The position numbers were made by a program, and so were the translations under genes. From Vulcanimicrobiota bacterium (GTDB lineage Bacteria; Vulcanimicrobiota; Vulcanimicrobiia; Vulcanimicrobiales; Vulcanimicrobiaceae), in contig OY970223.1 of the NCBI GenBank assembly GCA_963714015.1, positions 128,001 through 192,000 of the forward strand: DNA of 64,000 bases, read 5' to 3'. Below, piece after piece: positions 22,420 through 33,013 of this stretch. Each line of letters starts with the position of its first letter. Positions within the stretch are counted from its first letter, which is position 1. The notes beneath the pieces were generated by a model, which ran no database searches, had not been told where the DNA came from, and worked only from the letters and a program-made list of their open reading frames with translations.

Positions 22420-23723
22420 GCATGACCGCTGCGCGTACGTCGCGAGTTCTCACGCCGTGGTCGACGCAAGCCAATCGCAGCGTTCCAACGATCGTTCGGG
22501 GCGACGGCTCGTATCTGTTTGACGAAAGCGGAAAACGGTACGTCGACCTCTCAGCGGGATTGGTTGCGGTGAACCTGGGCCACGCGCATCCGGCATTGGC
22601 GCAAGCGATTGCGGAACAAGCGGCTGCGGTGGCATATGCGGCGCCGAGCCTCGGCAACGACAAGCGCGAGGCGCTGGCATCCGCAATCTCCGATTTGACG
22701 CCGTGGAATGAGGGCGCGCGCGTCTTTTTCACCACCGGAGGCGGTGAGGCAAACGAAGATGCGCTGAAGATCGCGCGCACGCTTACCGGCCGCCACAAGG
22801 TGCTCGCCGCGTATCGTTCGTTCCACGGATCGGCGCCGGGCGCCGGAACGCTCAGCGGCGAGAACCGGCGCTGGCCGAACGAGCCCGGCATTCCCGGCGT
22901 CGTGCACTTTTTCGCGCCGTTTCCGTATCGCAGCCCTTTCCATACGCGCGATGCCGCCGAAGAGACGCGGCGCGCGATCGCCCATTTGGAAGACGTCGTG
23001 TTGTACGAGGGCCGCGACCGCATCGCGGCGCTGCTCATCGAACCGATCGTCGGATCGAACGGCGTGATCCTCTACCCGGAAGGCTACCTGGAACGGGTGC
23101 GCGAGCTCTGTACGCGCTACGGCATCCTGCTGATCTTCGATGAAGTCATGACGGGATTCGGACGCACCGGAAAGCCGTTTGCCTCGCAGACGTTCGGCGT
23201 GACCCCGGATCTGTTCACGTTCGCTAAGGGCGTTACGTCGGCGTACGTGCCGCTTGGCGGCGTAGCCGTGCGCGAGGATCTTGCCTCGTATTTCGATACG
23301 CGCCCGCTTCCGTGCGGTCACACGTTCTCCGGCCATCCGCTGGCGATGGCTGCGGGCGTTGCCGCCCTCAAGGCGTATGAGCAGGTCTTTCCGCGCGTTG
23401 CGCAAGTCGAATCGTGGCTGCGGTCCGGGCTCGAAGGACTCGCCTCGCGGCATGAGGTGATTGGCGAAGTGCGTGGAACGGGCGCGTTCTTCGGATTGGA
23501 GCTCGTAAAGGACCGCCGCACGCGGGAGCCGCTCGTTGAATGGCAGGGCCCGCGCGCGCTCAACCGGTTCACCGGCGACCTGCTCGAGCGCGGCGTCTAC
23601 GTTTATGCGCGCTTCAATACGGTGATCGTTTCACCGCCCCTCACGATCGAACGCGAGACGGTTTCCGAGGCGATAGAGATCTTGGACGCTGCGTTGACGG
23701 ACCTGGAAAAGAGCGAAGCTTAG
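22416..23723 (+). CDS. class III (omega-amino acid) aminotransferase, possibly beta-alanine/taurine type
   Basis: FDEVMTGFGRTG, FAKGVTSAYVPLG, GHTFSGHP. Confidence 0.85.
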   Translation: MSMTAARTSRVLTPWSTQANRSVPTIVRGDGSYLFDESGKRYVDLSAGLVAVNLGHAHPALAQAIAEQAAAVAYAAPSLGNDKREALASAISDLTPWNEGARVFFTTGGGEANEDALKIARTLTGRHKVLAAYRSFHGSAPGAGTLSGENRRWPNEPGIPGVVHFFAPFPYRSPFHTRDAAEETRRAIAHLEDVVLYEGRDRIAALLIEPIVGSNGVILYPEGYLERVRELCTRYGILLIFDEVMTGFGRTGKPFASQTFGVTPDLFTFAKGVTSAYVPLGGVAVREDLASYFDTRPLPCGHTFSGHPLAMAAGVAALKAYEQVFPRVAQVESWLRSGLEGLASRHEVIGEVRGTGAFFGLELVKDRRTREPLVEWQGPRALNRFTGDLLERGVYVYARFNTVIVSPPLTIERETVSEAIEILDAALTDLEKSEA

Positions 23724-23725
23724 CA

Positions 23726-25114
23726 ATGGCCGAAGTGCTCGACATTCGCGACCCGGCAACGGGCGAAGCCATCGGCAGCGTAAAGGCCGCAAGCGAACGC
23801 GACGTGGCGCAGGCGGTCAAGGCTGCGGGACTGGCATTTCCGGCGTGGGCCGCAACACCGGTCGCCGAACGGGCGCGACTCATGTTCCGTTACGCGGACG
23901 CTTTGGAGCGGCATTTCGAGGCGCTCGCGACATCCGTCTCGCGCGAAAACGGTAAGACCATGACCGATGCGCGTGCGGAAGTTCGGCGCGGCATCGAGGC
24001 GGTCGAGTTTGCTTGCGGGATGCCTTCGCTCATGATGGGCGATTCGCTGGCGAACATCTCCGGCGGCGTCGACTGCGTGAGCGTCCGGTATCCGTTGGGC
24101 GTCTGCGTCGGCATCACGCCGTTCAATTTCCCCGCGATGATTCCGCTCTGGATGATGCCGCTGGCGCTCGCCGCCGGGAACACCTTCGTTCTCAAGCCTT
24201 CGCCGCAGACTCCGCTGACGGCGCAAATGCTGCTGACGATCGCTCGAGAATGCGGTTTCCCGGAAGGTCTCTTCAATATCGTCAACGGCGCCTCCGAAGC
24301 GGTGCAGACGTTGATTTCCCATCCGCGCGTGCAGGCGGTCTCCTTCGTCGGATCGTCGCACGTCGCGCGCATCGTTCAGGATGTGGCAGTGCGCTATCAC
24401 AAGCGCGTTCAGGCGCTCGGCGGCGCGAAAAATTATTTGATCGTCATGCCGGATGCTGCCGACGAGAATACGCTCTCCGCGGTTCTCTCTTCAGCGTTCG
24501 GCGGTGCAGGACAACGCTGCCTGGCCGGTTCGGTCGTCGTGACGGTCGGCGATGCTGCCGACGGGTTTTTGCCGATGCTCGTACAGGGCGCGAAAAGAAT
24601 GCGTATGGGGCCCGGGCTCGACCAGAGCGCCGATATGGGTCCGGTCATCAGTGCCCAAGCGCGCGAGCGCGTCATCGGTTACATTCAACGCGCCGAAGCT
24701 TCGGGTCATAACGTGCTGCTCGACGGGCGCGCGTCGCGCAACGGCGGCAACTTTCTCGCACCGACGATCGTCGACAACGTCGACCCAAGCCACGAGCTCG
24801 CAACCGAAGAGGTCTTCGGACCGGTGCTCGCGGTCATTCGCGCGAAGACGCTCGAGGACGCGATCGAAATCGCCAACCGCTCGCGTTACGGCAACGCTTC
24901 GTCAATCTTCACTAAAGACGGAAAAAGCGCGCGCGAGTTCACGCAGCGCATTCAAGTCGGGATGGCCGGCGTCAACATCGGCGTTGCCGCCCCCATGGCG
25001 TATTTTCCCTTCGGCGGCGTGAAGGATTCGATCTTCGGCGACTTGCGCTGCCACGGCAAAGACGCCATCGCTTTTTATACGCAGCAGCGCGTCGTGATTT
25101 CCCGCTGGCCCTGA
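23726..25114 (+). CDS. mmsA: CoA-acylating (methyl)malonate-semialdehyde dehydrogenase
   Basis: ITPFNFPAMIPLW, LGGAKN, AFGGAGQRCLA, FPFGG.KDS.FGD. Confidence 0.9.
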   Translation: MAEVLDIRDPATGEAIGSVKAASERDVAQAVKAAGLAFPAWAATPVAERARLMFRYADALERHFEALATSVSRENGKTMTDARAEVRRGIEAVEFACGMPSLMMGDSLANISGGVDCVSVRYPLGVCVGITPFNFPAMIPLWMMPLALAAGNTFVLKPSPQTPLTAQMLLTIARECGFPEGLFNIVNGASEAVQTLISHPRVQAVSFVGSSHVARIVQDVAVRYHKRVQALGGAKNYLIVMPDAADENTLSAVLSSAFGGAGQRCLAGSVVVTVGDAADGFLPMLVQGAKRMRMGPGLDQSADMGPVISAQARERVIGYIQRAEASGHNVLLDGRASRNGGNFLAPTIVDNVDPSHELATEEVFGPVLAVIRAKTLEDAIEIANRSRYGNASSIFTKDGKSAREFTQRIQVGMAGVNIGVAAPMAYFPFGGVKDSIFGDLRCHGKDAIAFYTQQRVVISRWP

Positions 25115-25272
25115 GCGCCTAGTATGGGTCATGGTGAGAAAGAGCATCGCCACTTTGTTGGATAGAGTCTAGCGCCCGCGTCGTTCAAGGCGTGCAGCAG
25201 ATCGATCGAGTCGTCGTTGCGCAGCGCTCACAGTTCTGGCCGACCCGGAGTATCTGCCGGCCGCCGTCTCAC

Positions 25273-27057
25273 TCAGCGCGGGACGCGCTCCAATTGAGCC
25301 GTAATGGACGCGAAGCCCTCCGCGACCGCTGCGTGCACAGCGCGAAGTTCCGCGACGATGCCGTCGTCCAGGCCGGCGGCGCGTTGCGCGAGGATGTCGA
25401 GCGCGCCTGCAACGCCGTGGGCGACTTCTTCAATGGCGCGCGATTCGTCCGGCGCATATGCCTCTTCGGAGCGCTTGGGACCAAGTACGAGCGCACCGAC
25501 CAACCGTCCGCGCGCAATCATCGGATAGGCGAACTCGCCTTGCAGACACGTCTCGATTCCATGTAAATCGAGCACCCGATGCCACGTGCGCAGAGAAACG
25601 ATCGCCCCATCGTTCTCGCTGACGCTCCCGTAGCAGCCGGCGCCGTCGTCCAACGCGAGCCGCACGAAGAGCGCGTCCGCATGGCGTTCGAGCACGCCGA
25701 TGGTCCGCCCGATCAACGTCTGCACATCGGTAATATACGCGGCCTCGTGCGCGAAGCGGCGAATCGCCTGTTCGTCTTCGTGCCGTTTCCGGAAGAACAC
25801 GCGGTCCAGCACGTAATCTACGCGCGTGTGTACGAAATGAATCGACAAGCCGAGCGCGAGCGCAACCGCAGCACCGGCGAGAAGACTGGCCGTATGGTTC
25901 GTCTGTTGCAGCCACGCGCCGACCGCCCATTCCACCAGCACGAACGTGCCGACGATGATCAGCGACACGACGGAAAAAATCGCGACGCGGTTGAGTGCAA
26001 AGCCGATGTCGAGCAGCCGCCGGTTGAGTAGTGCGTACGTCATGCCGAGCGGTGCGAAAAAGATCCCGACGTTGACCAGTTGGTACGCGACGATCAGCGC
26101 GGTGCCGCGAGACGATTCGGGAAAAATCGCCGGCGCGAGCTGCATACCTGCGTCGGCTAGATACATCAGACCCAGTGACGCAGTGGTCCATGCGATGCGG
26201 CCGCGCTCTTTGCCCTGCGTTGCCGCTATGCCGGCGATGGCACAAAGCAATGAAAGAATGTAGGGCGCCGCGGACCACTCGAAATTCCAATCGGGGCCCA
26301 GCGTTTGAGCAACCCACGCTTCGCCGCCGTTCCAAAACGTTGCCAGACGCACGACCTCGTAGACGGCCACCGCAATTGCCGATGCCCATGCTAAAACAGA
26401 CAATGCAATCCGCACGCCGGAGACCGGACGGCCGAAAAGCAGTGCGTAGTTCACGAGAAGTACGCTGGCCACGACGGTCGCCGTGAAGCCCATAGCCGCT
26501 GCAACGAGATCGGCGAAGGCCGACGGCGTGAGCCAGGATCCCGCCTGCAGTGCCGATGCCCCGACGTTCAAGGCAAGAATCACACAGAGAATGCGAGCTT
26601 CCGGCAAATCGGCACGCCGCCACGCGATGACGATCGCAAAGGCGAGCATCCAAAACGACGCTGCTGCGAACACCCAAATGTCCCAGCGCCACACCGGCTT
26701 CCCGCCCGCGCGATAAAGAACGTTAAACGTGCGCGTGCCTCGCGTGACGGCCACCGGAATACGTTCGTGCGGATAGACGCCGATCAGCAGCCGGTAGCGA
26801 TCCGCAGGTGACAGCTCGCGCAGATGAACGAGATCCCCGGCCCGCAAGCCGCTCGTCTGCGCGGGACCGCCCGCATCGACGGAGCTGATGCGCACGAGCG
26901 CCGGATTCGGCGTCAGCTCGGTCTGAAAGCCTAGGCCGGACGATGATTCAACGGCGTCGGTGAAGAGGCTGCAAGCAATCAACGCCGCACACAAAAAGCA
27001 CAGCGTGAGAAGGATCGCGCGCCAAAAGCGGGTCGAGCGCGGAGAGGCGGCCTCCAT
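25273..27057 (-). CDS. membrane protein with PDZ-like domain, multi-TM region and C-terminal GAF-like domain
   Basis: SVDAGGPA..SGLRAGD (PDZ); many TM helices; YPMIARGRLVGALVLGPKRSEEAY (GAF-like). Confidence 0.7.
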   Translation of the reverse strand: MEAASPRSTRFWRAILLTLCFLCAALIACSLFTDAVESSSGLGFQTELTPNPALVRISSVDAGGPAQTSGLRAGDLVHLRELSPADRYRLLIGVYPHERIPVAVTRGTRTFNVLYRAGGKPVWRWDIWVFAAASFWMLAFAIVIAWRRADLPEARILCVILALNVGASALQAGSWLTPSAFADLVAAAMGFTATVVASVLLVNYALLFGRPVSGVRIALSVLAWASAIAVAVYEVVRLATFWNGGEAWVAQTLGPDWNFEWSAAPYILSLLCAIAGIAATQGKERGRIAWTTASLGLMYLADAGMQLAPAIFPESSRGTALIVAYQLVNVGIFFAPLGMTYALLNRRLLDIGFALNRVAIFSVVSLIIVGTFVLVEWAVGAWLQQTNHTASLLAGAAVALALGLSIHFVHTRVDYVLDRVFFRKRHEDEQAIRRFAHEAAYITDVQTLIGRTIGVLERHADALFVRLALDDGAGCYGSVSENDGAIVSLRTWHRVLDLHGIETCLQGEFAYPMIARGRLVGALVLGPKRSEEAYAPDESRAIEEVAHGVAGALDILAQRAAGLDDGIVAELRAVHAAVAEGFASITAQLERVPR

Positions 27058-27131
27058 GCGGGTAGGTTCCGCGAAGGTCGCGCTCGGTCATCTTTGGGAT
27101 TCGGCGGCCGAAGATTTTTTCGATTTGAGCG

Positions 27132-27257
27132 TCGCTCGTATGCATGGTTTACGTCTTGAACGCCGATGACGGCCAAGACGAGCGCTCCATTCGGTGCAAG
27201 CAGTTCCGAATAGGCTTCAACGTTGTGCTTTGCGCAGACAGTATCCAAGATTTCCAT
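27132..27257 (-). pseudogene. relic of Zn-dependent (cinnamyl/YahK-type) alcohol dehydrogenase
   Basis: ILDTVCAKHNVEAYSELLAPNGALVL joined directly to VQDVNHAYER, two non-adjacent motifs of that family. Confidence 0.5.
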
Positions 27258-27342
27258 GCTATAACCCTAAGGGGGCTTACCGAAGAGCGCGCTTGAAAAC
27301 GGCGAGGCGCTCGGCGTCCCCGAGGCTGAAAGGCGGACTGCA

Positions 27343-28488
27343 TTGACGATTAGCAGACGCGAATTACTTGTCGCTTCAATGTCTACGGTGGCGGCTGCAG
27401 CGGTTTCGACGCAAGCGGCAGGCGCCGAAGGTCGCGTAAGAGCGCGAGCTTTGGGGCTTGCGCCAGGCGTTTTTCCGCCCGGCGCACTCAATGCCATCAC
27501 CGACGTTGCAGGCGTGCGCGTGGGACATGTGACGCTGATCGACGGCGACCGCATTTGCACCGGCGTCACCGCCATCGTGCCGCACGCTGGAAATATCTTT
27601 CAAGAGAAAGTTGCGGGCGGCGTCTTCATCGGCAACGCATTCGGAAAACTCGCCGGCTCGACGCAAGTGCAGGAATTGGGCTCGATCGAAACCCCGATCG
27701 TTTTGACGAACACGTTGAACGTGGGGACCGGTATGCTCGGGACGATTTCTTGGACTCTGCGGCAGCCCGGGAACGAAGACGTCGTTTCGGTAAACGCCGT
27801 TGTCGGCGAAACGAACGACTCGTGGCTCAACGACATTCGCGGCATGCACGTGACGACCGATCAGGTCATTGCTGCGATTACGCAAGCGAAGGGCGGCGCC
27901 GTGCAAGAAGGAACCGTGGGCGCCGGCGCCGGCACTGTTTGCTTCGGTTGGAAGGGCGGCATCGGCACCGCCTCACGCGTGATACCGGATCGTTTCGGCG
28001 GTCATACGGTCGGCGTTCTGGTGCAAACGAACTACGGCGGGGTGCTGACTATGGGCGGCGCACCGGTTGGAAAAGAACTGGGCCGGTACGATTACAAGCC
28101 GGGGAACGGCAAGGGCTCGTGCATGATGGTCGTGGCAACGGACGCTCCGCTCACCGGCCACGAATGCCGGCGTCTCGCCGCGCGCGCCGTGTACGGACTT
28201 GCCCGCACGGGCTCGTCGTATGAAAACGGCAGCGGCGATTTTGCCATCGCGTTTTCGACGGCGCAAACGGCGAGAATCAAATACGGCGATCTCGGGGTGC
28301 AGTCATTCGAAACGGTCTCGACCGACGGAATGTCGCCGCTCTTTGAAGCGGCGCTTGAAGCAACTGAGGAAGCCGTCTACAATTCGCTGCTGCAAGCGAC
28401 GACGGTTCGGTCGCAAGGCCACACGGTCGAGGCGATTCCAATCGATCGCGTTCGCGAGATTCTTCGGCGTCATGGGGCTATTTCGTAA
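27343..28488 (+). CDS. DmpA/peptidase S58 (P1) family aminopeptidase with Tat signal
   Basis: SRRELL Tat motif; NAITDVAGVRVGH, GTVGAGAG and GSCMMVVATDAPL autoprocessing site. Confidence 0.9.
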   Translation: MTISRRELLVASMSTVAAAAVSTQAAGAEGRVRARALGLAPGVFPPGALNAITDVAGVRVGHVTLIDGDRICTGVTAIVPHAGNIFQEKVAGGVFIGNAFGKLAGSTQVQELGSIETPIVLTNTLNVGTGMLGTISWTLRQPGNEDVVSVNAVVGETNDSWLNDIRGMHVTTDQVIAAITQAKGGAVQEGTVGAGAGTVCFGWKGGIGTASRVIPDRFGGHTVGVLVQTNYGGVLTMGGAPVGKELGRYDYKPGNGKGSCMMVVATDAPLTGHECRRLAARAVYGLARTGSSYENGSGDFAIAFSTAQTARIKYGDLGVQSFETVSTDGMSPLFEAALEATEEAVYNSLLQATTVRSQGHTVEAIPIDRVREILRRHGAIS

Positions 28489-28627
28489 GCCAAAACCGGC
28501 GCCCGGCCGATCGCCTCGACGTCGGGCGCCGTGACGTCCGCAACGACGGAAGTTCGGGGACTCGCGGTCCAATTGTACGGCCCGTGACGCGGCGTGGTAC
28601 AGTTGACGTAGTTGGGAGGTGCAAGGT

Positions 28628-31371
28628 GTGAAGCGAGCCCACCAAATGCCTACCGGTACCGTAACCTTTCTCTTCACGGATGTCGAGGAATCCAGCCGCC
28701 GTTGGGAGTCGGATGGCGCGGCCATGTCGCGCGCGCTGCGCGGCCACGACGCCCTGATTCGATCGGCCGCTCTAAAACACGGCGGCTACATTTTCAAGAC
28801 TCTCGGCGACGCGTTCTGCATAGCCTTCGACAGCGCCCCGCACGCCATCGCGGCGGCGCTCGAAGCGCAGCGGGCGCTTCAGCAGGCCGACTTTCACGAG
28901 ATCGGCGGCCTACGCGTACGCATGGCGCTCCACGCCGGCGATTGCGAGCGGAGAGAACGCGACTATTTCGGACCGGTCCTCAACCGCACGTCGCGGCTTC
29001 TGGATCTCGCGCATGGCGAGCAGGTTCTTATTTCGCGGGCGGCTGCGTTCCTCGCAGCGGAGGAGCTTCCCGAGAGCACAACGCTGATAGATCTCGGCAC
29101 CCATCGCTTAAAGGACTTAGCTCAGGCCGAACAGGTGCGGCAGTTGGTGGCGCCGGATCTGCGATCCGCATTTCCGCCGCTTCGCTCGGAGCAGGCGCAA
29201 CCGAATAATCTTCCGCTACAAATAACGCGCTTCATCGGACGCCGCCACGAAATCCGCGCGGTTATCGAGCTGCTCGAACGGCATCGCTTGGTGACGCTCG
29301 TGGGTTCGGGCGGCGTCGGAAAGACCAGGCTCGCGCTTCAAATCGCCTGCGAAGTTGCCCCGGAGTTTCCGGACGGCGTCTCCTTCATCGATTTGGCGCC
29401 GGTACGCGACCCGCAATTCGTGCCGCTGACCGCTGCCAAGAGCTTGGGCCTTGCCGAAATGCCGAACGTCTCGGTTACCGAACTGATCGCCGGCTATCTG
29501 CGGGAACGGCAAAGCATCTTGCTGTTCGACAACTGCGAACACTTGACCGGCGCAGCGGCGTTACTGGCGAGCGAAGTGCTGGAAAAATGCAAGGACATTC
29601 GTATCCTTGCCACCTCCCAAGAGCCGTTGCATATTGAGGGCGAATGTTCGTTTCGCGTTTCCTCGCTTCCGCAAGAGGACGCCGTTGCGCTTTTTATCGA
29701 CCGGGCATCGGCGGTAAATCCGGAGTTCACCGTCGCCGATAAAACACGGGAACAAATAGTGAGCTGTGCAGGCGCGTGGATGGCATCGCGCTCGCCATCG
29801 AGCTGGCAGCCGCACGCGTGAAAGCGCTTTCGCTCGAACATCTCGATCAAAGATTGGACGAGCGCTTCCGCGTGCTGACGTTCGGGAGCCGCACGGCGCT
29901 CCCGCGTCATCAAACGATGCGCGCGCTCCTCGATTGGAGCCATGACTTGCTGAAAACCGCGGAGCAAACGCTGTTTCGCCGCCTGGCGGTGTTCGCGAAC
30001 GGCTGGACGCTGCAGCAGGCCTGCGCCGTGTGCGGATCGGGCGTACCCGAATGGGAGATCGTCGACGCGCTGTCTTCGCTTGTGGACAAGTCGCTCGTCG
30101 TTGCGTCGGTCGGCGCCTCGAGCGAACGCTTTAAAATGTACGAAACGACACGCGAATATGCGTTGGAGCAGTTGGGCGCAAGCGGGGAGAGGGCGGCGCT
30201 CGAACTGGCGCACGCCCACTACTTCACGCTTTTCGCAGAAGAAAAGGACTCGGCGTGGGAGGGCACGCCGACGGAATCTTGGTTTGATGAAATGCTGCCT
30301 GAGGAAGACAACTTCCGCGCGGCTCTGAATTGGGCGCTGGAACGGGCAAATGACCATGAAACCGGCATCCGGCTCGTGTCGTATCTGCCGCGTTTTTGGT
30401 GGACGGGCGCTCGCCAAGCGGAAGGCATGCGGTGGTACGAAGCGGCGTTTAGGACGGTCGATGTGTGTCCGACGCCGGCGTCGACGATTGCGCGTCTGCG
30501 GTACGGCCTTGGAGTGCTGAATTCGACGACGCTGATGCGTCGTGACGCGCGCGAAAATGCCGAGCGCGCCGTCGAACTCTCACGCGACGGCGAGGATAGA
30601 CGGCTGTTTGGCTGGAGCCTACTGGTGCTCGGCGTTGCGTGCGCGCTGATGGACGATCCGCGCGCAGGACGAGGCCATTGCGCAGAAGGCCTAAAGATTG
30701 CAGAGGCCTTACAGGCGACACGCTTGCACGCGTGGCTGCAATGGGCGCAAGCGCTCAACGATGCCGCTGCCGGTCTCTTCGCTGACGCACGCGCGGAACT
30801 TGCGCCGCAGGCGGAAATTGCAAAGCAACTCGGCGACGATCTGCTGCTCGGCCTCGTGTTTATTTACGCCGGCATCGTCGAACTAGGCGCCGGCGACGGG
30901 GACGCTTCGCTGAAATACACGCAAGACGCGCTCGAATTATACCGGCGCAAAGGCGACCGCATCGGCGTGGCGCTTGCGTGGTCCAACATCGCTCCCTGCT
31001 GCTTATCGCTGCAGCGCATGGAGGATGTCCGCGACGCAGGCCGCCAAGCGTTGCTGTACGCGCGGGACGCGTACAACTCCAGACTCATCGTCATTGCGAT
31101 AGAATATCTTGCCGCGGCCGACGCCGATGCGAGTTCTGTGCGCGCCGCCCGTTTGATCGGCTACGCGGACGCATGGTACGGCCGTTCCGGAACGCCGCGG
31201 GATCTCTCCGAACGTGCAGCACAACAATGGACCATGGCGAAGTTGGAAAGCACCCTTCCGCAAGATCTACTCGAGCGTGAAAAGGCTTGCGGAGCAAACC
31301 TTTCCGATGCACAGGCAATGGAGCTGGCACTATCCGAGCGCGATTCGGCAGCGACGGTCATATCTCGATAG
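28628..31371 (+). CDS. class III nucleotide cyclase-STAND ATPase-TPR protein (frameshift near 29765)
   Basis: FLFTDVE, KTLGDAF, NRTSRL; Walker A GSGGVGKT; DNCEH; DGIALAIELAAAR; helical-repeat C-terminus. Confidence 0.88.
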
Positions 31372-31420
31372 CCACGCGTCACTTCGCCTCGGAAGGGAAC
31401 TCGCGTTCGGCCCCGCCCAA

Positions 31421-31551
31421 GGCGCCAAAGTCCCGAACGACATGAACATCTATCCGGACGCCGGTCACGGCTTCGCCGCTGCCAAAAGAGCTTCGCTTCG
31501 GAGGACTCTTGGCGGCGCGCTATAGCGTTCTTACGAGCGCATTTGGCCTGA
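31421..31551 (+). pseudogene. C-terminal relic of dienelactone hydrolase
   Basis: KVPNDMNIYPDAGHGF then, in a shifted frame, EDSWRRAIAFLRAHLA*; no N-terminal part or start. Confidence 0.55.
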
Positions 31552-31713
31552 TCTATCGCGGCGACGACGAGCAGCATGGCGTCACCGTCGGTTCTGCCGT
31601 GTCGGGGAAATACCGCGAAACCCTCCTCGGTCGTTCCAAAGCCGTGTTGCGGGAGCGAGTGTGTGCGCCATGCATCGAAGGAAAGGCGTGCGCCGTACAT
31701 GAAGCGCGGATAG

Positions 31714-32058
31714 ATGCTTCCCATCGCATTGCTGTACGCGCTTGTCATGCCCGTGCCTTCGCCGTCGCCGACACCGCTGTGCGACCGCCGGCTCGGCGTT
31801 TATCAGCCGCAAAGCGACGATCCGGTACCGATCTCGACGCGGCCGCTTATCGATCCCGATTCTATTCGTGTCGTCGTGCACGTTTGGGTGGACGAGACCG
31901 GCAAATTGTCACGGGCTCAGATTACGAACTCCAGCGGCAATCAGCGGCTCGATCGGGCTGCGATTGAAGCGGCGAAGAACAGCCGTTATGCTCCGAGGAT
32001 CTTAGACTGCTCTGCCGTCCCTTCCGATGGGTACTTCGTCGTCACTTTTCAGTCTTAG
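31714..32058 (+). CDS. small TonB C-terminal domain protein
   Basis: Pro-rich N-terminus; VWVDETG...SSGNQRLDRAAIEAAK. Confidence 0.75.
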   Translation: MLPIALLYALVMPVPSPSPTPLCDRRLGVYQPQSDDPVPISTRPLIDPDSIRVVVHVWVDETGKLSRAQITNSSGNQRLDRAAIEAAKNSRYAPRILDCSAVPSDGYFVVTFQS

Positions 32059-32092
32059 CGCCGCTCTCTACGATCCGAGGAAAGTTAACGTT

Positions 32093-33007
32093 CTAAGCGG
32101 CTCCGCTCAACTCGATGACGCGCGGCCGCAAGTGCAGCCGCTGCAAGACGCCTTCGTAGTCTTCGGGTTTCACATCGCTCCACTTCTTGTCCAGAAGCGC
32201 CAGCAGTGCCGCTTCGACGACGTTCGTTCCGAACGAGCGCCCTTGAAACTCGGGCGTCGTCGTAATGAGCAACTTGACGCCGCGTTTGCGCAATTCTTCG
32301 ACGTCGCTCTGCGTCACGGTGTTCGTAAGAACGATCTTGCCTTGCAGATCGTCCGGCATGAACTGCCGCATGAAGTGAAAGTCGCCCGCGATGATGTCGG
32401 CATCGTGATAGTACTGCGGATACTTGGGCTCCGGCGGTTTGTCTTGCTTCTTCCCGGTCGGATAAAAGAATTGAAACGGCAGCTTGCACGCGTCGGGGAG
32501 ATACTTCTCGGCCATCTCCTCGAACTCGTGTAGACCTTTGACCGGTTTGTCGAGATCGAGCGCAAAAATGAAGTCGCCGAAGAGTACGTCGGCGCCGGCG
32601 TCGACGAGCGCCTGGGCCATGCCGAAGCGGTCGAGCGCGCTCACCATCAGCACTTTCTTGCCTTTGAGATCGATGTGAAGGTCTTCTTGCATGAAGCGCA
32701 CTGCTTCGCGTTCGAGCGTGTTCTTCAGGCCGCTGCCGTCGACCACGGGCGTTACTTTCGCGGCTTCCAGCAAGCGCACTCCGTCGCGTAATGCATAGCG
32801 GTGCTTCCCGGCATACAGATACACGTCGATGCCGCCCAAGCCGATGGCGTCGACTTTGCCGTCTAGTTCGTGCACCTTCGCGATAGCCGCGTCGAGTTTG
32901 CCATCGGTTCCCACGCGCGAAATATCGAACGTCTCTCCGAGCAAATCCACCATCGCGTGGTGGTCCCGCGAACTGCTCCCCAATGAAACGCTCACTACGC
33001 GTTTCAT
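32093..33007 (-). CDS. conserved uncharacterised protein (family often auto-annotated quinate 5-dehydrogenase)
   Basis: VVSVSLGSS.RD, AIGLGGID, VVDGSGLKNTLE, GRSFGTNVVEA. Confidence 0.7.
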   Translation of the reverse strand: MKRVVSVSLGSSSRDHHAMVDLLGETFDISRVGTDGKLDAAIAKVHELDGKVDAIGLGGIDVYLYAGKHRYALRDGVRLLEAAKVTPVVDGSGLKNTLEREAVRFMQEDLHIDLKGKKVLMVSALDRFGMAQALVDAGADVLFGDFIFALDLDKPVKGLHEFEEMAEKYLPDACKLPFQFFYPTGKKQDKPPEPKYPQYYHDADIIAGDFHFMRQFMPDDLQGKIVLTNTVTQSDVEELRKRGVKLLITTTPEFQGRSFGTNVVEAALLALLDKKWSDVKPEDYEGVLQRLHLRPRVIELSGAA

Positions 33008-33013
33008 TTGAAA

